Shown here piece by piece: positions 35,206-35,611 of a DNA stretch of 35,611 nucleotides. Every line of letters begins with the position of its first letter. Position 1 is the first letter of the stretch. The stretch is taken from positions 1 to 35,611 of the IMG/VR virus record IMGVR_UViG_3300012682_000004. One strand, written 5' to 3'. The DNA comes from a virus (lineage: Duplodnaviria; Caudoviricetes). Under the pieces are notes generated by a model, which worked only from the letters and a program-made list of their open reading frames with translations, ran no database searches and was not told where the DNA came from. Position numbers and translations under genes: made by a program.

Positions 35206-35385
35206 AAACAAAAAGAAACCGCCCCTGCCGGGTGGGACAGAGGCGGCGCTTGGAGCCGGCCAGCTAGGTTTGACGGCAGTTCGATGGTCTAGACTCGACT
35301 GCCCCGCTAATAAGTGTTTACCCTACGCCAGCAGTGACTTGATGACATAAGGAATTTTAGCTCGCGGTCACATATTTATAGGCCA
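35206..35385 (-). ncRNA. Candidate sRNA, about 180 nt
   Basis: TGCTACTAT at 35391-35399; internal stems; 11-bp terminator 35219-35246 with U-tract; insulated upstream by another terminator. Confidence 0.65.
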
Positions 35386-35412
35386 TTTTGATAGTAGCAT
35401 AAATCAGCCCTT

Positions 35413-35450
35413 AAAAAGTATTAACCGCCCTAAGCAATGTGGGCGGTTAA
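35413..35450 (-). terminator. Intrinsic terminator for gene 11-328 across the circular join
   Basis: TTAACCGCCC/GGGCGGTTAA then TACTTTTT. Confidence 0.75.
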
Positions 35451-35488
35451 CGAGTGTGAGTTTATGTAGATTGCTAAGGCATTAACAA

Positions 35489-35611
35489 TCCAATCTGACT
35501 ATACCATAAACATTTTGTCTTTCAATGCTAGTTCTGCTCGGTCAGACTTTCGTTTGAAATACTCAGCTCGTAGTTGTGTACCAAATTTAGAATCGTGAGC
35601 GTCTAATTCAA
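35489..35611. repeat. Terminal direct repeat, copy 2
   Basis: Identical to 1-123. Confidence 0.97.

Noticed and set aside
35165-35350. Plus-strand 61-aa ORF
   Set aside because: No RBS; promoter, wobble pairs and U-tract all point to a minus-strand RNA
1-35611. Stop-codon recoding, CRISPR array, tRNA, or intron around the HNH gene
   Set aside because: Core genes are intact in code 11 and use all three stops; no spaced repeats or cloverleaf seen; the HNH gene is free-standing and splits no gene

Overview
The window is an apparently complete circular genome of a short-tailed (P22/T7-like virion architecture) dsDNA phage. The unit length is 35,488 bp, with positions 1-123 repeated exactly at 35489-35611. 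The minus strand carries the replication initiator with internal iterons, TerS, TerL, portal, scaffold, major capsid, five fibre/spike genes, adaptor, nozzle, ejection proteins, a C1q fibre, a LysM protein, a holin candidate and a VRR-NUC nuclease. The accessory arm (1-12.6 kb) carries a C5 DNA methyltransferase with a nested second-frame subunit, a hyaluronan-synthase/NodC-like GT2, a phage Dam-type methyltransferase, an amidase endolysin, an HNH-AP2 endonuclease, RecT-like and YqaJ recombination genes, and many translationally coupled micro-ORFs. I recognised no integrase, tape measure, spanin, tRNA, CRISPR array or phage RNA polymerase/sigma factor. The most unusual signals are: (1) many operons and single genes have their own extended -10 promoter, and control appears to be RNA-based, with a ~180-nt sRNA complementary to a motif shared by virion-gene leaders, attenuator-like leaders on rep and terL, an HNH leader switch, and a gene enclosed by 5'-3' pairing; (2) a dual-frame methyltransferase with four repeated modules; (3) a phage-encoded class I HAS-like synthase. 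All protein calls come from motif recognition by eye and all RNA structures were paired by hand. No searches or folding programs were run.
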